Positions 26,417 through 37,223 of a stretch of 64,000 nucleotides of DNA are shown here, in pieces. Source of the DNA: Sphingobacteriia bacterium (lineage in GTDB: Bacteria > Bacteroidota > Bacteroidia > Bacteroidales > UBA7960). The stretch's first letter is position 1. Each line of letters starts with the position of its first letter. A program made the position numbers and the translations under genes. Under the pieces are notes generated by a model, which was not told the origin of the DNA, ran no database searches, and was given only the letters and a program-made list of their open reading frames with translations. The stretch lies in NCBI GenBank assembly GCA_041642035.1, contig JBEPXC010000001.1, forward strand, positions 6,304 through 70,303. The letters are read 5' to 3'.

Positions 26417-27355
26417 CTATTTTTTGATTACCGTTTTGAAGTAAGCAATGGTTTCTTTCAATCCATCCTTCAACTTAACATCGGGTTCCCAATCTATAAT
26501 CGATTGTATTTTCGATATATCGGGTTTACGTTGCAGGGGATCATTTTCCGGTAAGGGATGATAGTTGATTTTTGATTTGGTTCCTGTAAGTTGAATGACC
26601 AGCTCTGCCAGCTGTTTAATGGTAAACTCATCGGGATTGCCAACATTTACAGGTCCGGTAATGGAGTCGGGAGTATCCATAAACTTTACCATAGCATCCA
26701 GCAGGTTATCGATATACTGAAAGCTTCGGGTTTGTGAACCATCGCCGTAAATCGTAATATCCTTGTTTTGCAATGCCTGGATGATGAAGTTTGATACTAC
26801 CCGGCCATCGTTGGGTTGCATGCGAGGGCCGTAGGTATTAAATATCCTGATAATTTTAATGCGCACCTGGTTTTGCCGGTGATAATCAGCAAAGAGTGTT
26901 TCGGCACATCTTTTCCCTTCATCATAACAGGAACGGATACCAATAGGGTTAACATTTCCCCAATATTCTTCCACCTGGGGGTGTATTTCAGGGTCGCCAT
27001 ACACTTCACTGGTTGAAGCCTGCAATACCTTTGCCTTTACTCTTTTGGCAAGTCCCAATACATTAATGGCTCCCATGACGGAGGTCTTAATGGTTTTGAT
27101 GGGATTATACTGATAGTGCACCGGAGATGCCGGGCAGGCCAGGTTGTAAATTTCATCTACTTCAGCAAAAAACTCTTTGGTGATATCATGCCTTACCAGT
27201 TCAAAATATGGATTGCCCATCAAATGAACAATGTTTTGTTTGTTGCCTGTAAAGAAGTTATCCAGGGCAATGATATCGTTTCCTTCCTTAAGGAGTTTTT
27301 CACAAAGATGTGAGCCAATGAATCCTGCTCCTCCAGTTATTAATATTCGCGCCAT
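26417..27355 (-). CDS. UDP-glucuronate decarboxylase (UDP-xylose synthase), extended SDR
   Basis: [44 protein letters not shown] (YxxxK). Very typical UXS sequence. Confidence 0.9.
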   Translation of the reverse strand: MARILITGGAGFIGSHLCEKLLKEGNDIIALDNFFTGNKQNIVHLMGNPYFELVRHDITKEFFAEVDEIYNLACPASPVHYQYNPIKTIKTSVMGAINVLGLAKRVKAKVLQASTSEVYGDPEIHPQVEEYWGNVNPIGIRSCYDEGKRCAETLFADYHRQNQVRIKIIRIFNTYGPRMQPNDGRVVSNFIIQALQNKDITIYGDGSQTRSFQYIDNLLDAMVKFMDTPDSITGPVNVGNPDEFTIKQLAELVIQLTGTKSKINYHPLPENDPLQRKPDISKIQSIIDWEPDVKLKDGLKETIAYFKTVIKK

Positions 27356-27590
27356 AGTCAGGGTAAAGGTTAATAATGTTATATAATTCGAAAAGGCCAA
27401 GAGTTTTCAACCATCAGCATCTTTGCTGCCCAACAGGGGGAAAGATGGGCAAAGATAATGATTTGCTTCGATGGGGTAACATTATAAATGGCAGTGAATT
27501 GATTAAGTGCAATTCAGCAATAAAAGCAGTGCCAGGAAAAGCATAATAGAGCTACAAGCCTGGCAAGAGGAATTTGCACCCCTCTGTTGC

Positions 27591-28028
27591 TTAATGGTGT
27601 ATAAGCTCAGAAAGCATTTCTTCATACCTTACCGCAAGATCATCCCGTTGTCTTTCAGAAAGGACATCCTGTGCTACTGGAAAAATGTCATCTTCTTCTT
27701 CATCAAGATGATGAATTACCATATCCCTGAGATCGCGGAAATTGCCACTCCAGTCATCGGAGTCGGGGTCTGACTCATCGAGCTTCTCGATCAGTTCATC
27801 AATGTCATGATGTTCAGCAATACTGTGTCTAGCTTCTTGCTGCGATTTATCGTCGGCCAACAGGGCAATGTAAAAATACCGTTCTTCTGCGTTGGCATGT
27901 GCTTTGAGGGTTGTCCTGTAGTCTGAGTATAATTCTCTTCGCTGTGCAGGATCGTGTGCATTCATAATTTGGTCTCCCAGCTCCCGGAGGCTGGTGTGGT
28001 CCCGTTTAATGATCTCGTAAATGTTCAT
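27591..28028 (-). CDS. Hemerythrin domain-containing protein
   Basis: IKRDHTSLRELG, HANAEERYFY, AEHHDIDELI and HHLDEEEDDIFP are His/Glu/Asp metal-ligand motifs of hemerythrin-like cation-binding domains. Confidence 0.8.
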   Translation of the reverse strand: MNIYEIIKRDHTSLRELGDQIMNAHDPAQRRELYSDYRTTLKAHANAEERYFYIALLADDKSQQEARHSIAEHHDIDELIEKLDESDPDSDDWSGNFRDLRDMVIHHLDEEEDDIFPVAQDVLSERQRDDLAVRYEEMLSELIHH

Positions 28029-28557
28029 GATTTGGATTTTTAGATTATTAAATATTATCAGGCTGAAAAAAACGTTATCTGCTATTAACATCAGCTATTA
28101 ACCGATCAGAAAATATCCTGCCAAAGAAGATGCAAATTGCTTAAACAACAGATTGTGAGAATGTACGTGATTTTGGGACAGATGCCATATAAGAAGGAAT
28201 GTAGAAAACTTCCACAACTATACCCCACCCAGGTTATTTTATGAGCTTGTTTTTGTAGCTTTTACCTTTATCCTGGTCAAGCAAGACTCTTATTATATCA
28301 AATGCTGGAAGCTGGAAGGAAGAGACCAGAAGGCTTTCCATTGCCGAAAAAAATCGGGACAGGCTGTACGGAGGGCATGGAAACGTCTGTAACATAAGCT
28401 TTCCATAACAACTTTGTCAAATGTTATTCTTTTAGGGGTTATATTGCACAATAATGAGTGACTATTAACTGATAGTGTTATTTCACGCAATAAATATTGC
28501 TCATTTCCGTTAATATTATATGTCAATTTAACTTAGTTCAACTTCATCATATTCCTC

Positions 28558-30195
28558 ATGAAAGCAAAACTGTTTCCTCTCACGGTGGCATTAATCCTAA
28601 CGCTAATGGTATCCACATCCATGGGAGTCAGAGCAAAGACCTCCATCATTCCTGAACCGGTGCAAACAGAAAGCAGACGGGGCAATTTCCGTTTGGCAGG
28701 AGAGCTGGATTTATTTGTACCTGCCGGAAACGACACCCTTGGCATGCATGGCAAATATCTGACAGAGCTATTAAGGCATATCCCCGGGCTTAAGCTTCAG
28801 GTACAACATTATGGGCCAGGCAGTGAATTGCCTTCCCGGGGTATCGTTTTTTCCACTGATGCCAAAGAAGGAAAAGCCGAAGGGTACACCCTGGAGATAC
28901 GTCCCAGACGTATACTTATTGTAGGTGATGATGCGGCAGGGGTATTTTATGGCATTCAGAGCCTGCGTCAACTGCTTCCGGCAGCCATAGAGGATGAACA
29001 AAAAGCCACCCCGCTAAGTAACCTTAAAATCCCTGCTATGTACATCCGTGATTATCCTCAGTTTAGTTATCGCGGTATGCATCTGGATGTAGCAAGACAT
29101 TTCTTCGATGCTGATTTCATCAAGGAATATCTCGATATGATGGCTCTGCATAAAATGAATACCTTTCATTGGCATCTTACCGATGATCAGGGTTGGCGCA
29201 TAGAAATAAAAAAATATCCCTTGCTCACCGAAATAGGCTCACGAAGAAAAGAAACCCTGATAGGCCATGGTGGCCGGCCACCTTTTGAATATGATGGCAT
29301 TCCTTACGGTGGTTTTTATACCCAGGATGAGATACGTGAAATAGTTGCCTATGCCGCTGAAAGACACATTACCGTTATACCGGAAATAGAGCTCCCGGGG
29401 CATGCCTCGGCTGCTTTGGCTGCTTATCCCGGGTTGGGATGTACCCATGGTCCCTATGAAGTGGAAACCCGCTGGGGTATCTTTGAGGATGCTTTTTGCG
29501 CAGGCAACGATAAAACCTTTGCCTTTCTTGAAGGGGTGCTTTCGGAGGTGGTAGACTTGTTTCCTTCCAGGTATATCCACATTGGAGGAGATGAATGCCT
29601 GAAGAACCGTTGGAAACAATGCTCCCTATGCCAGACGCGCATGGAAACGGATGGTCTTGCCAATGAGCATGAGCTACAGAGTTATTTTATCAACAGGATA
29701 GAGAAATTTCTTCTTACCAAAAACCGCAATATCATCGGTTGGGATGAAATACTGGAAGGAGGTCTGGCGCCCCAGGCTACGGTAATGTCATGGCGGGGCA
29801 TGCAGACTGGCATTGAGGCTGCCCAAATGGGACACGATGTAATTATGACACCCGTTAACTATTGCTATTTTGATTACTACCAGGCCGATCCTGCCACACA
29901 ACCCCTGGCCATAGGTGGATATCTAACCCTGAGGCAAGTGTACAGCTTTAAGCCTGTTCCGCCGGAGCTCAATGAAAAAGAAGCCCTCCATATACTGGGG
30001 GGACAAGGGAATGTATGGACCGAATACATAAAAACACCGGAGCATTTGGAATACATGGTTTTCCCAAGAGCCATAGCCCTGGCAGAAGTGTTATGGACTC
30101 CTACAGCACAACAGAATTTTGATGAATTTACCTCAAGGCTTGAGGTGCATAAGGACAGACTAGATGCACTGGGGCTGAATTATTTTAAACCCTGA
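28558..30195 (+). CDS. Beta-N-acetylhexosaminidase (GH20), secreted
   Basis: Signal peptide, then GMHLDVARHFF, FHWHLTDDQGWR, IPEIELPGHA and HIGGDE. Confidence 0.92.
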   Translation: MKAKLFPLTVALILTLMVSTSMGVRAKTSIIPEPVQTESRRGNFRLAGELDLFVPAGNDTLGMHGKYLTELLRHIPGLKLQVQHYGPGSELPSRGIVFSTDAKEGKAEGYTLEIRPRRILIVGDDAAGVFYGIQSLRQLLPAAIEDEQKATPLSNLKIPAMYIRDYPQFSYRGMHLDVARHFFDADFIKEYLDMMALHKMNTFHWHLTDDQGWRIEIKKYPLLTEIGSRRKETLIGHGGRPPFEYDGIPYGGFYTQDEIREIVAYAAERHITVIPEIELPGHASAALAAYPGLGCTHGPYEVETRWGIFEDAFCAGNDKTFAFLEGVLSEVVDLFPSRYIHIGGDECLKNRWKQCSLCQTRMETDGLANEHELQSYFINRIEKFLLTKNRNIIGWDEILEGGLAPQATVMSWRGMQTGIEAAQMGHDVIMTPVNYCYFDYYQADPATQPLAIGGYLTLRQVYSFKPVPPELNEKEALHILGGQGNVWTEYIKTPEHLEYMVFPRAIALAEVLWTPTAQQNFDEFTSRLEVHKDRLDALGLNYFKP

Positions 30196-30235
30196 AGGCT
30201 GCCTCTACACCTTACTAATTAAGAGAGGCAAACCA

Positions 30236-30691
30236 TTACTGCCTCAATTGTCTGTCTCTGGTCCAGGCAGTTGACCGGCCCATAAAACGCATACCCATCA
30301 CAAAGCCTTTGATGTTTAGGTTGTTATCACCATCCAACCACATAAAAGCATCATAGGTCTTGCCACTTTCAGGATCATAGATGGTGCCTCCGGTCCATTC
30401 TTTTGAAGAAGCATCATAGCTAAAATCCTTCAACAGCACTATGCCCTTCAGCGGTCTGTTTCTTAGGCTTTGGCTTGGATTTTCCTTGTCTTTCTTTGGC
30501 CTGCCTGCTTCATCAAGAGGTTCATCAAGCCACACCAGTTTGCCTTGGTACTCGCCCGAAGGAGTTTTGTAAATCTCTACCTGAGAGGTTTTCTTCTCGG
30601 TAATCCAAAAACCAACTACCTTATCTGATTGTGCATTTGCCTGCAATGTAGCAAACAGGAAAAGGGAAATAATGATAAGCATTTGTTTCAT
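30236..30691 (-). CDS. DUF2147 domain-containing protein, secreted
   Basis: MKQMLIIISLFLFATLQANAQ signal peptide, then GFWITEKKTSQVEIYK..GKLVWL..GGTIYDPESGKTYDAFMWL, which is characteristic of DUF2147. Confidence 0.8.
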   Translation of the reverse strand: MKQMLIIISLFLFATLQANAQSDKVVGFWITEKKTSQVEIYKTPSGEYQGKLVWLDEPLDEAGRPKKDKENPSQSLRNRPLKGIVLLKDFSYDASSKEWTGGTIYDPESGKTYDAFMWLDGDNNLNIKGFVMGMRFMGRSTAWTRDRQLRQ

Positions 30692-30859
30692 AATAAATAT
30701 GATTAAAGGTGCAATGAATTTATTTCTATCCAGGAAAGATATGTCTTCCTTAAACGTACGTGTAAAAGTAAAAAATTTCAGCATTCATTCTTATGGAAGA
30801 TCGTTTTTTTCTTTTGATGAGTGGTAATACTTCCGCAAAATAATCCCTAAATTTGTCTG

Positions 30860-32032
30860 ATGCAACAACAAGCTATAGAAACATTCCTGGAAAAACTTAG
30901 CGATAACTTCCATGCTGCCATGCTTGTGAAGATAAGCCTGAGCAAACAACGCAACAAAAAGTCCGACCTGAAAAATATCATCATCAGCCCGGTACAGCTT
31001 AAAAGTGGCATGATGCTCAATTTCGTCTATCGATATACTACAAACGATGTTACCAAAAACTATTCTCTCAACCAAGCCGTTGATTTGATTAGGGAGATGC
31101 TTAAGCGTGAGTTTTATCATGCCGATATGTACGTTAAGGGAGAAAACATCCGGCTATTGTTTAACAAAAAAGAGGAAGCAAAAATATTGAGCCGCAAAGT
31201 AGAGACGCCCACCCCAATATCCTTTTCCCATAATCGTAGTAAGGAGCGCATTATTGAAACGCATGGCAATATCTGGCTGAGGGAGCTTAATGTTATTAAT
31301 CAGGCATGGGAGGTTCGGCATGAGATGAAAGATAAATACCTTCAAATCAATAGATATATAGAATTGCTGGAACCCGAAATTGCACAGCTCTCCCAACGTG
31401 ATAAACTGGTTGTAGCCGACATGGGCTCAGGCAAAGGCTATCTTACCTTTGCACTATATGATTACCTTCAAAGAAAGTATGCAGACGGGGTGAAGATGCT
31501 AGGGGTAGAGTTCAGACAGGAATTGGTTGATGTATGCAACGAGATTGCTGTCAAAGCTGAGTTTGATCAGCTAAAGTTTATTCAGGGTACTATAGAGGAA
31601 ACGGATCTGCCCGAATTGGATATTCTCATTGCCCTGCATGCCTGCGACACCGCTACAGATGAAGCCATCCACCGTGGGATATCATCCAATGCTGCTTTAA
31701 TAGTTTGTGCCCCATGCTGTCATAAGCAAATAAGAAAGGAAATGCATCCTAAAAATGAACTATCGGCCATGCTTAAGCATGGACTGCTCATGGAAAGACA
31801 GGCAGAGCTGATTACCGATAGTCTGCGGGCCCTTATTATGGAGGCCCATGGCTACAAAACCAAAGTCTTTGAGTTTATTTCTTCAGAACATACCTCTAAA
31901 AACGTGATGATTATTGGTCGCAAAATTCACGATCTTCCCCCACAGCGAGATGCTATTCTAAGCACTATCGCAGGCATAAAGGAACGGTTTGGCATTCAGA
32001 AGCATTTCCTGGAAGAACTCTCAGGAATGTAG
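30860..32032 (+). CDS. Class I SAM-dependent methyltransferase
   Basis: SAM-binding motif VADMGSGKGYLTFALY, followed by ALHACDTATDEA. Confidence 0.7.
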   Translation: MQQQAIETFLEKLSDNFHAAMLVKISLSKQRNKKSDLKNIIISPVQLKSGMMLNFVYRYTTNDVTKNYSLNQAVDLIREMLKREFYHADMYVKGENIRLLFNKKEEAKILSRKVETPTPISFSHNRSKERIIETHGNIWLRELNVINQAWEVRHEMKDKYLQINRYIELLEPEIAQLSQRDKLVVADMGSGKGYLTFALYDYLQRKYADGVKMLGVEFRQELVDVCNEIAVKAEFDQLKFIQGTIEETDLPELDILIALHACDTATDEAIHRGISSNAALIVCAPCCHKQIRKEMHPKNELSAMLKHGLLMERQAELITDSLRALIMEAHGYKTKVFEFISSEHTSKNVMIIGRKIHDLPPQRDAILSTIAGIKERFGIQKHFLEELSGM

Positions 32033-32938
32033 CGATTTCTTTTGGTCTTTCCATTGGCTGCAAAGACTTCCTAGCTTATATAAATCCAGTATTGCTAGTT
32101 TAGGATGATGACTTCTTAGATTTTTGACCAGTGCAGGCTCAAAAACGCTAAACATCAAACCCACAAAGGCACATAATCCCAGTTTGCGCAAAAGCCTCCA
32201 TGCTTTGAGCAGTTTCGCCATCTCTACCAGGCATCTGTCTTCATTAACCAACCTATAAATGGTGAGTAAATTGTAGGTGCCTTCTTTTGTTTTAACCAAA
32301 AAATCATCAGCAGACTGCAACCCCATATGCAGCAAAGGATTGTCAATATGAGTGGTTTTTATGTTATTTTTAAGAAGTTCCAGTCCGAATAAGGTATCTT
32401 CATGCCCATATCCTCTCAGCCTTTCATTAAATCCAATTCTTCTTATGATTTTTGATGAAATCATGAAGTTATTGGACATAAAGGAGTGGTTTGGTTTATG
32501 TGCCCGCTGATGATGGGGTTTAACCTCACGTTTGCTTCCAAAGAGCCAATGAAGATAGGTTTGCTCGGAGGGTGGACGGGAAAGATAGCTTGTTCCGCCA
32601 CAAATTACCCCTTCAACTTCAGTATGGAATAAATAACGTTTAATAAATTGAGTATCTGGACAGGCCGAATCGCAATCCATGAAAATAAGCCATGGGAAAC
32701 GGGCTTTTTGGGCCAGCATATTTCTGATTCGGCTTCGGCCTATATTGGCATCCAGCTCTTCGAGCATTACATTGGCCAGGGCCATGCATTCTCTGTTCTT
32801 TTGTCTATAGATCTCACGCGAACCATCATCGATAAGCAATATTTCAAAGGGTATCGCTGCTTCCGTTGCCTGTTGGTGAAGGCTTTTCACCATAGGACGA
32901 ACATCGTAGTTGTATATTGGGATGCAGAGTGAAATCAT
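32021..32938 (-). CDS. Glycosyltransferase family 2
   Basis: ISLCIPIYNYD..EILLIDDGS and FMDCD (DxD) motifs. 305 aa. Confidence 0.85.
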   Translation of the reverse strand: MISLCIPIYNYDVRPMVKSLHQQATEAAIPFEILLIDDGSREIYRQKNRECMALANVMLEELDANIGRSRIRNMLAQKARFPWLIFMDCDSACPDTQFIKRYLFHTEVEGVICGGTSYLSRPPSEQTYLHWLFGSKREVKPHHQRAHKPNHSFMSNNFMISSKIIRRIGFNERLRGYGHEDTLFGLELLKNNIKTTHIDNPLLHMGLQSADDFLVKTKEGTYNLLTIYRLVNEDRCLVEMAKLLKAWRLLRKLGLCAFVGLMFSVFEPALVKNLRSHHPKLAILDLYKLGSLCSQWKDQKKSLHS

Positions 32939-33010
32939 AGAATGGCTTAATGTTATTGTTTAATTCATGTTAAGTTCTCATAGTATTATTCTCTAAACCC
33001 TTATATTAAT

Positions 33011-34474
33011 TTATTTCTTCCAGAAGGAAGGAGTTAGCAATATCAATACGGTAAACAGTTCGAGACGTCCTAACAACATAAAGAAGCTCAGTATCCATTT
33101 GCCTGTTGCAGGAATTTGCGAATAGTTGTCTATGGGGCCGACATTTCCTATGCCGGGGCCAATGTTTCCAAGCGTAGCAGCTGTAGCACCCAGTGCAGTT
33201 TTGAAATCCAGTCCCAGCACAGACATCACAGCACCTCCAATCATGAAAACCATGATGTACAGCAGAAAGAAGGCCAAAAAGTTGTATATAATCTCGGGGG
33301 CAATGGTTTTTCCATCAAAGCGTGTGGGCAGCACCGCGTTGGGATGGATAAGGCGCTTAAACTCCTGAGAACTGTTTTTGAACAGCAACAGGTGCCTTAT
33401 CATTTTCATACCTCCCGCTGTAGATCCAATACATCCACCAGTAAACATAAGCAGAAATAAAATAAACCAAAGAAAACCTTTCCATTCCAGATAATTTGCT
33501 GTGATGAAACCTGTGGTAGTGACGATAGACACTATTTGGAAAAGACTGTCTCTGAAAGATTTTTCCAGTCCCAGATGATGAAAGAAGAACAGACTTAGGG
33601 TGAAAATTGCGGCAAAGCTAAACATCAAAATAATATAGAAGCGAAACTCCTCATTGGAGAATAATGCCTTGAACTGTCCCTTTAAAAGAAAATACAGGAG
33701 GCTGAAATTGGTTCCGGCAACAATCATAAAAAAGATAATCACATAATGCGTATAATTGCCATAGGCAGCAATACTGGCATTGCGTGTAGAAAAACCTCCT
33801 GTGGCCATAGTGCTGAACGAGTGATTTATGGCATCAAAAAAGTCCATCTCTCCCAACATAAGCAGGAAGCAAAGCAAAGCAGAAAAAAACACATAGATTA
33901 ACCATAATCGTTTTGCCGTTTCGGTGATACGGGGGTGAAGCCTGCTGGGTGTGGTGCCGGGTGCCTCTGCAATGAAAAGCTGCATTCCCCCTACACCCAA
34001 TATGGGAAGTATGGCTAAGGTTAATACAATGATACCCATTCCACCCAGCCAATGGGTGGTGCTGCGCCAGAATAAAAGGCTGCGTGGCATCACCTCGATA
34101 TCCGTAAGTATTGAAGCCCCAGTAGTGGTAAAACCTGACATGGTTTCAAAAAAAGCATCGGTAAAAGAGGGTATATGGCCTGAAAGATAAAAAGGGAGAG
34201 AGCCAAAAAGTGAGATGAAAATCCAGGTAAAAGTAACAATTACATAACCTTCCTTTTTTCCTATGTTTTTTTGATCGTTTTTCCGGGTCAGATAATAAAA
34301 AAGCACTCCTACACCAAAGGTTATAAATGCACTGATGAGTATAGCCTGATAGGTATTCTCCTGATAAATGATATCCCAGGCTGCACTAGCAGCCATAAAA
34401 GCCGAGAGGATCATCAGTAAGGTACCGATGAATTTGATGATTAAGCGTAAGTTGATATCCGAACGTGTAGTCAT
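33011..34474 (-). CDS. trkH: TrkH family potassium uptake protein
   Basis: 487 aa and polytopic. SGFTTTG, MATGGFS, TTTGF and LGNIGPG selectivity-filter-like repeats. Adjacent to trkA. Confidence 0.9.
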   Translation of the reverse strand: MTTRSDINLRLIIKFIGTLLMILSAFMAASAAWDIIYQENTYQAILISAFITFGVGVLFYYLTRKNDQKNIGKKEGYVIVTFTWIFISLFGSLPFYLSGHIPSFTDAFFETMSGFTTTGASILTDIEVMPRSLLFWRSTTHWLGGMGIIVLTLAILPILGVGGMQLFIAEAPGTTPSRLHPRITETAKRLWLIYVFFSALLCFLLMLGEMDFFDAINHSFSTMATGGFSTRNASIAAYGNYTHYVIIFFMIVAGTNFSLLYFLLKGQFKALFSNEEFRFYIILMFSFAAIFTLSLFFFHHLGLEKSFRDSLFQIVSIVTTTGFITANYLEWKGFLWFILFLLMFTGGCIGSTAGGMKMIRHLLLFKNSSQEFKRLIHPNAVLPTRFDGKTIAPEIIYNFLAFFLLYIMVFMIGGAVMSVLGLDFKTALGATAATLGNIGPGIGNVGPIDNYSQIPATGKWILSFFMLLGRLELFTVLILLTPSFWKK

Positions 34475-34493
34475 AATATATCAGACGATGTTT

Positions 34494-35834
34494 CTAACTT
34501 CTGAACATTCTGTCGACGGCATCAAAAGCTTCGGGCATGGTAAAGACCACTACATGATCTCCTGCCTGTATTTGCAAATCGCCGGTGGCTATGATGCCCC
34601 GGTTATCTCTGATAATGCCTCCTATAATAGCTGCATGGGGGAATTTAAGCTTGCTTATGGGCTTACGTGTGATGGGAGAATTGGCCTTTGCCAGAAATTC
34701 AAATATTTCAGCATCAATACCGTTAAGACATTTGGTAGAAATAACCTCTGCTTTCATGGTGAAGCGAATGATATAACTGGCAGTAGCTAACTTTTTGTTG
34801 ATGATGGTGTCGATGCCAATGTTTTGAGAAATCTCAATAAAATTTATGTTTTCGACCAGTGCGATGGTTTTCCTTACCCCATATTTCTTGGCCAGCAAAC
34901 AGGTCAGGATATTGGTTTCTGAGTTGCTGGTAACGGCAATCACTGCATCCATAGCCTGTATGTTTTCTCTCTCGAGCAAGGCCACATCATGTGCATCGCC
35001 ATTGATGATCATGGTGTTTCTGAGCTCATCGGCCAACACAGACGATCTGCCTGGATCAATTTCTATAAGCTTGAGCTTGTAATCTTTCTCCAGATTTTTG
35101 GCCGTTAGGCTTCCTATGGCTCCTCCACCAAAAATCATGATGTTGTTGATGCTAAAACTGGCCTTGCCACCCAATCGGAGTAAATGATTGATTCCTTCGG
35201 GTTTGGTAACCACATAGGCCAGGTCATTCTTCTCGAACACATCGTCTCCACGAGGAATCACTGTCTTTGATTTACGATGAAGGGCTACAGCACGAAAATC
35301 CAACTCTTCGTTTTCCAGGGCAATCTGGTTAAGACTCTTACCCAGTACCAGTGCATCCTGACTAAGGCGAATGAGCATGAGTGAGAGTTGCTGATTGGTA
35401 AAATTAAAAATCTCTGTAGCGGCGGTATTGACAATAAGATTGGTGATTTCTTTGGATGCAATTTTTTCCGGACAGACGATAAAATCAACCCCAAGGTTTT
35501 TATACATGTCGCGGCTTTCTCCAATGGAGTATTCGGTTTCATTTACCTTGGCAATGCATCTTTTGGCCCCCAGGTTTTTGCCCAGAATGCAGGCCAGCAG
35601 GTTGATTCGTCCACTCAGGAATACCGAAATGAACAAATCTGCCCGTTTAATATTTGCACGTTTCAGGTCTGCGATGGAAGTAGGATCACCTGAGTAGGTC
35701 ATTACATCAAGGTTCTGACTTACCATGTTTACCTGTCCTTCAGGATAAAACAGGGTAATGTTATGGTTCTCATCGTATAATAAACGGGCCAGGTGAATGC
35801 CTATTTCGCTGTCTCCTGCAATTAAAATGTTCAT
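34494..35834 (-). CDS. trkA: Trk system potassium transporter TrkA (two RCK/NAD-binding modules)
   Basis: MNILIAGDSEIGIHLARLL and a second Rossmann motif IMIFGGGAIGSLTAKNL. The start is taken at 35834. Confidence 0.9.
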   Translation of the reverse strand: MNILIAGDSEIGIHLARLLYDENHNITLFYPEGQVNMVSQNLDVMTYSGDPTSIADLKRANIKRADLFISVFLSGRINLLACILGKNLGAKRCIAKVNETEYSIGESRDMYKNLGVDFIVCPEKIASKEITNLIVNTAATEIFNFTNQQLSLMLIRLSQDALVLGKSLNQIALENEELDFRAVALHRKSKTVIPRGDDVFEKNDLAYVVTKPEGINHLLRLGGKASFSINNIMIFGGGAIGSLTAKNLEKDYKLKLIEIDPGRSSVLADELRNTMIINGDAHDVALLERENIQAMDAVIAVTSNSETNILTCLLAKKYGVRKTIALVENINFIEISQNIGIDTIINKKLATASYIIRFTMKAEVISTKCLNGIDAEIFEFLAKANSPITRKPISKLKFPHAAIIGGIIRDNRGIIATGDLQIQAGDHVVVFTMPEAFDAVDRMFRS

Positions 35835-36262
35835 TCGAAACTTATTTATTTTTGGGTAATTACCTTTGCTGAGCTCGCTTTTCAAGCCCCGTTGGTCTGA
35901 TAGCCTGACTTACATTTCAGCGAGAGAACTCGCATAAAGAACTATTTTCCATAATTATTTACTCCCAGGTACTCATGCAATCTTCAATAGATCATAATTC
36001 TTAAATGTGCTTAGAGGTGGTCGCTTTCTTTCCTGCCTTTTATCACATAAGCAATAGGGTATTCCACTATTTTTCAAATTGGTTTAGCCTGCAAAGATAC
36101 ACCCCTTTTAATAAATATCCGTAAGCAATTTAATTATTTGAACATGGTTCGATAAGAATGTTGATTTTTTGATTGTCCCTTTTGTTGATGTTTTGATCTA
36201 TTGTAAGCTAAAATCTCTATTTTTGAATAAAAATTTGTGCCATTCCCACTTAAAACTCAATT

Positions 36263-36958
36263 ATGATTCTAGTACCTATTCTCAACAACATCAGCTTGTT
36301 GGTTGCATTGAGTGTTGCTTATATACTTACCATTAGAATAGAACCGGATTTTTCACTCAGGATATTCGACGAATTTGCTCAACTGGATAATTCCAAAACC
36401 CGTAAATATGAAGGCTCAGGTTTAGGACTTGCCATCAGTAAAAAGATTGTTGAATTTATGGGTGGCAAAATTGGGGTGGAATCAAGCCCGGGAAAAGGTA
36501 GTAATTTCTGGTTTACGATCAAAACGCGAGAGTGCGATCAGGAAGAATCTATCTCAAAAGAAACCACTAATCTTTCTTTTGAAAATCTTGGACTAAATGT
36601 GTTGATGGTAGAAGATAAAATCATCAATCGTAAAGTAGCCAGTTTGATATTGAAAAATATGGGTTGTATAGTTGATACGGCCGAGAATGGACTGCTGGGA
36701 ATTGAAAAGGCATTGCAAAGCCATTATGATGTAATCCTGATGGATATCCAAATGCCCGTGATGGATGGTGTAACTGCCATGCAGACCATACGGGAATCAA
36801 AACAAAAACAACCTGCCATTATAGGGCTTAGTGCGGAGGCTATGGAAGGAGATGCCGAAAAGTATATTGCTCTCGGAATGGATGATTACCTTACCAAACC
36901 CCTTATACCTGATTTGCTTTACGAAAAGCTCTATAAAATTAAAAGAAACAAAATGTAA
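36263..36958 (+). CDS. 5'-truncated hybrid histidine kinase remnant: last ~60 aa of the HATPase domain plus an intact receiver domain
   Basis: FDEFAQLDNSKTRKYEGSGLGLAISKKIVEFMGGKIGVESSPGKGSNFWFTI is the G2 box to the end of the ATPase domain only. The REC domain follows (VLMVEDKIINR..DVILMDIQMPVMDG..YLTKP). There is no HisKA or N-box. The N-terminal 35 aa are unrelated and hydrophobic. Confidence 0.7.
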   Translation: MILVPILNNISLLVALSVAYILTIRIEPDFSLRIFDEFAQLDNSKTRKYEGSGLGLAISKKIVEFMGGKIGVESSPGKGSNFWFTIKTRECDQEESISKETTNLSFENLGLNVLMVEDKIINRKVASLILKNMGCIVDTAENGLLGIEKALQSHYDVILMDIQMPVMDGVTAMQTIRESKQKQPAIIGLSAEAMEGDAEKYIALGMDDYLTKPLIPDLLYEKLYKIKRNKM

Positions 36959-36989
36959 CTATTACCATTTAAAACAGGATTTCTTTAAA

Positions 36990-37018
36990 GAAAAAAGCCC
37001 TATGGGCTTTTTAAAAAA
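36990..37018. terminator. Bidirectional rho-independent terminator between convergent kinase genes
   Basis: aaaaaAGCCCtatGGGCTtttttaaaaaa. The stem is AAGCCC/GGGCTT, flanked by an A-run and a T-run. Confidence 0.7.
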
Positions 37019-37223
37019 TTGTGTTTTCAGCACAAATGAATTTAGAGGCCTTCATTCAACTCAATGGTTTTTAAATTAATATGACGCCGAATTTAGCAAA
37101 AGAACTTCCGGGCATCTCTAAACTGCTAAGATTATATGGGTCTTCGAATATCTGCCTACCGCGATATGCCTCAATAACCCATGCTCCGTTAGCAGATGTC
37201 AGGTGCCACTGAAAAAGCTGTGC

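Noticed and set aside
32021-32032. 12-nt overlap of the convergent methyltransferase and GT2 genes
   Set aside because: Tail-to-tail overlaps of a few codons are common. Nothing else is unusual at this junction.
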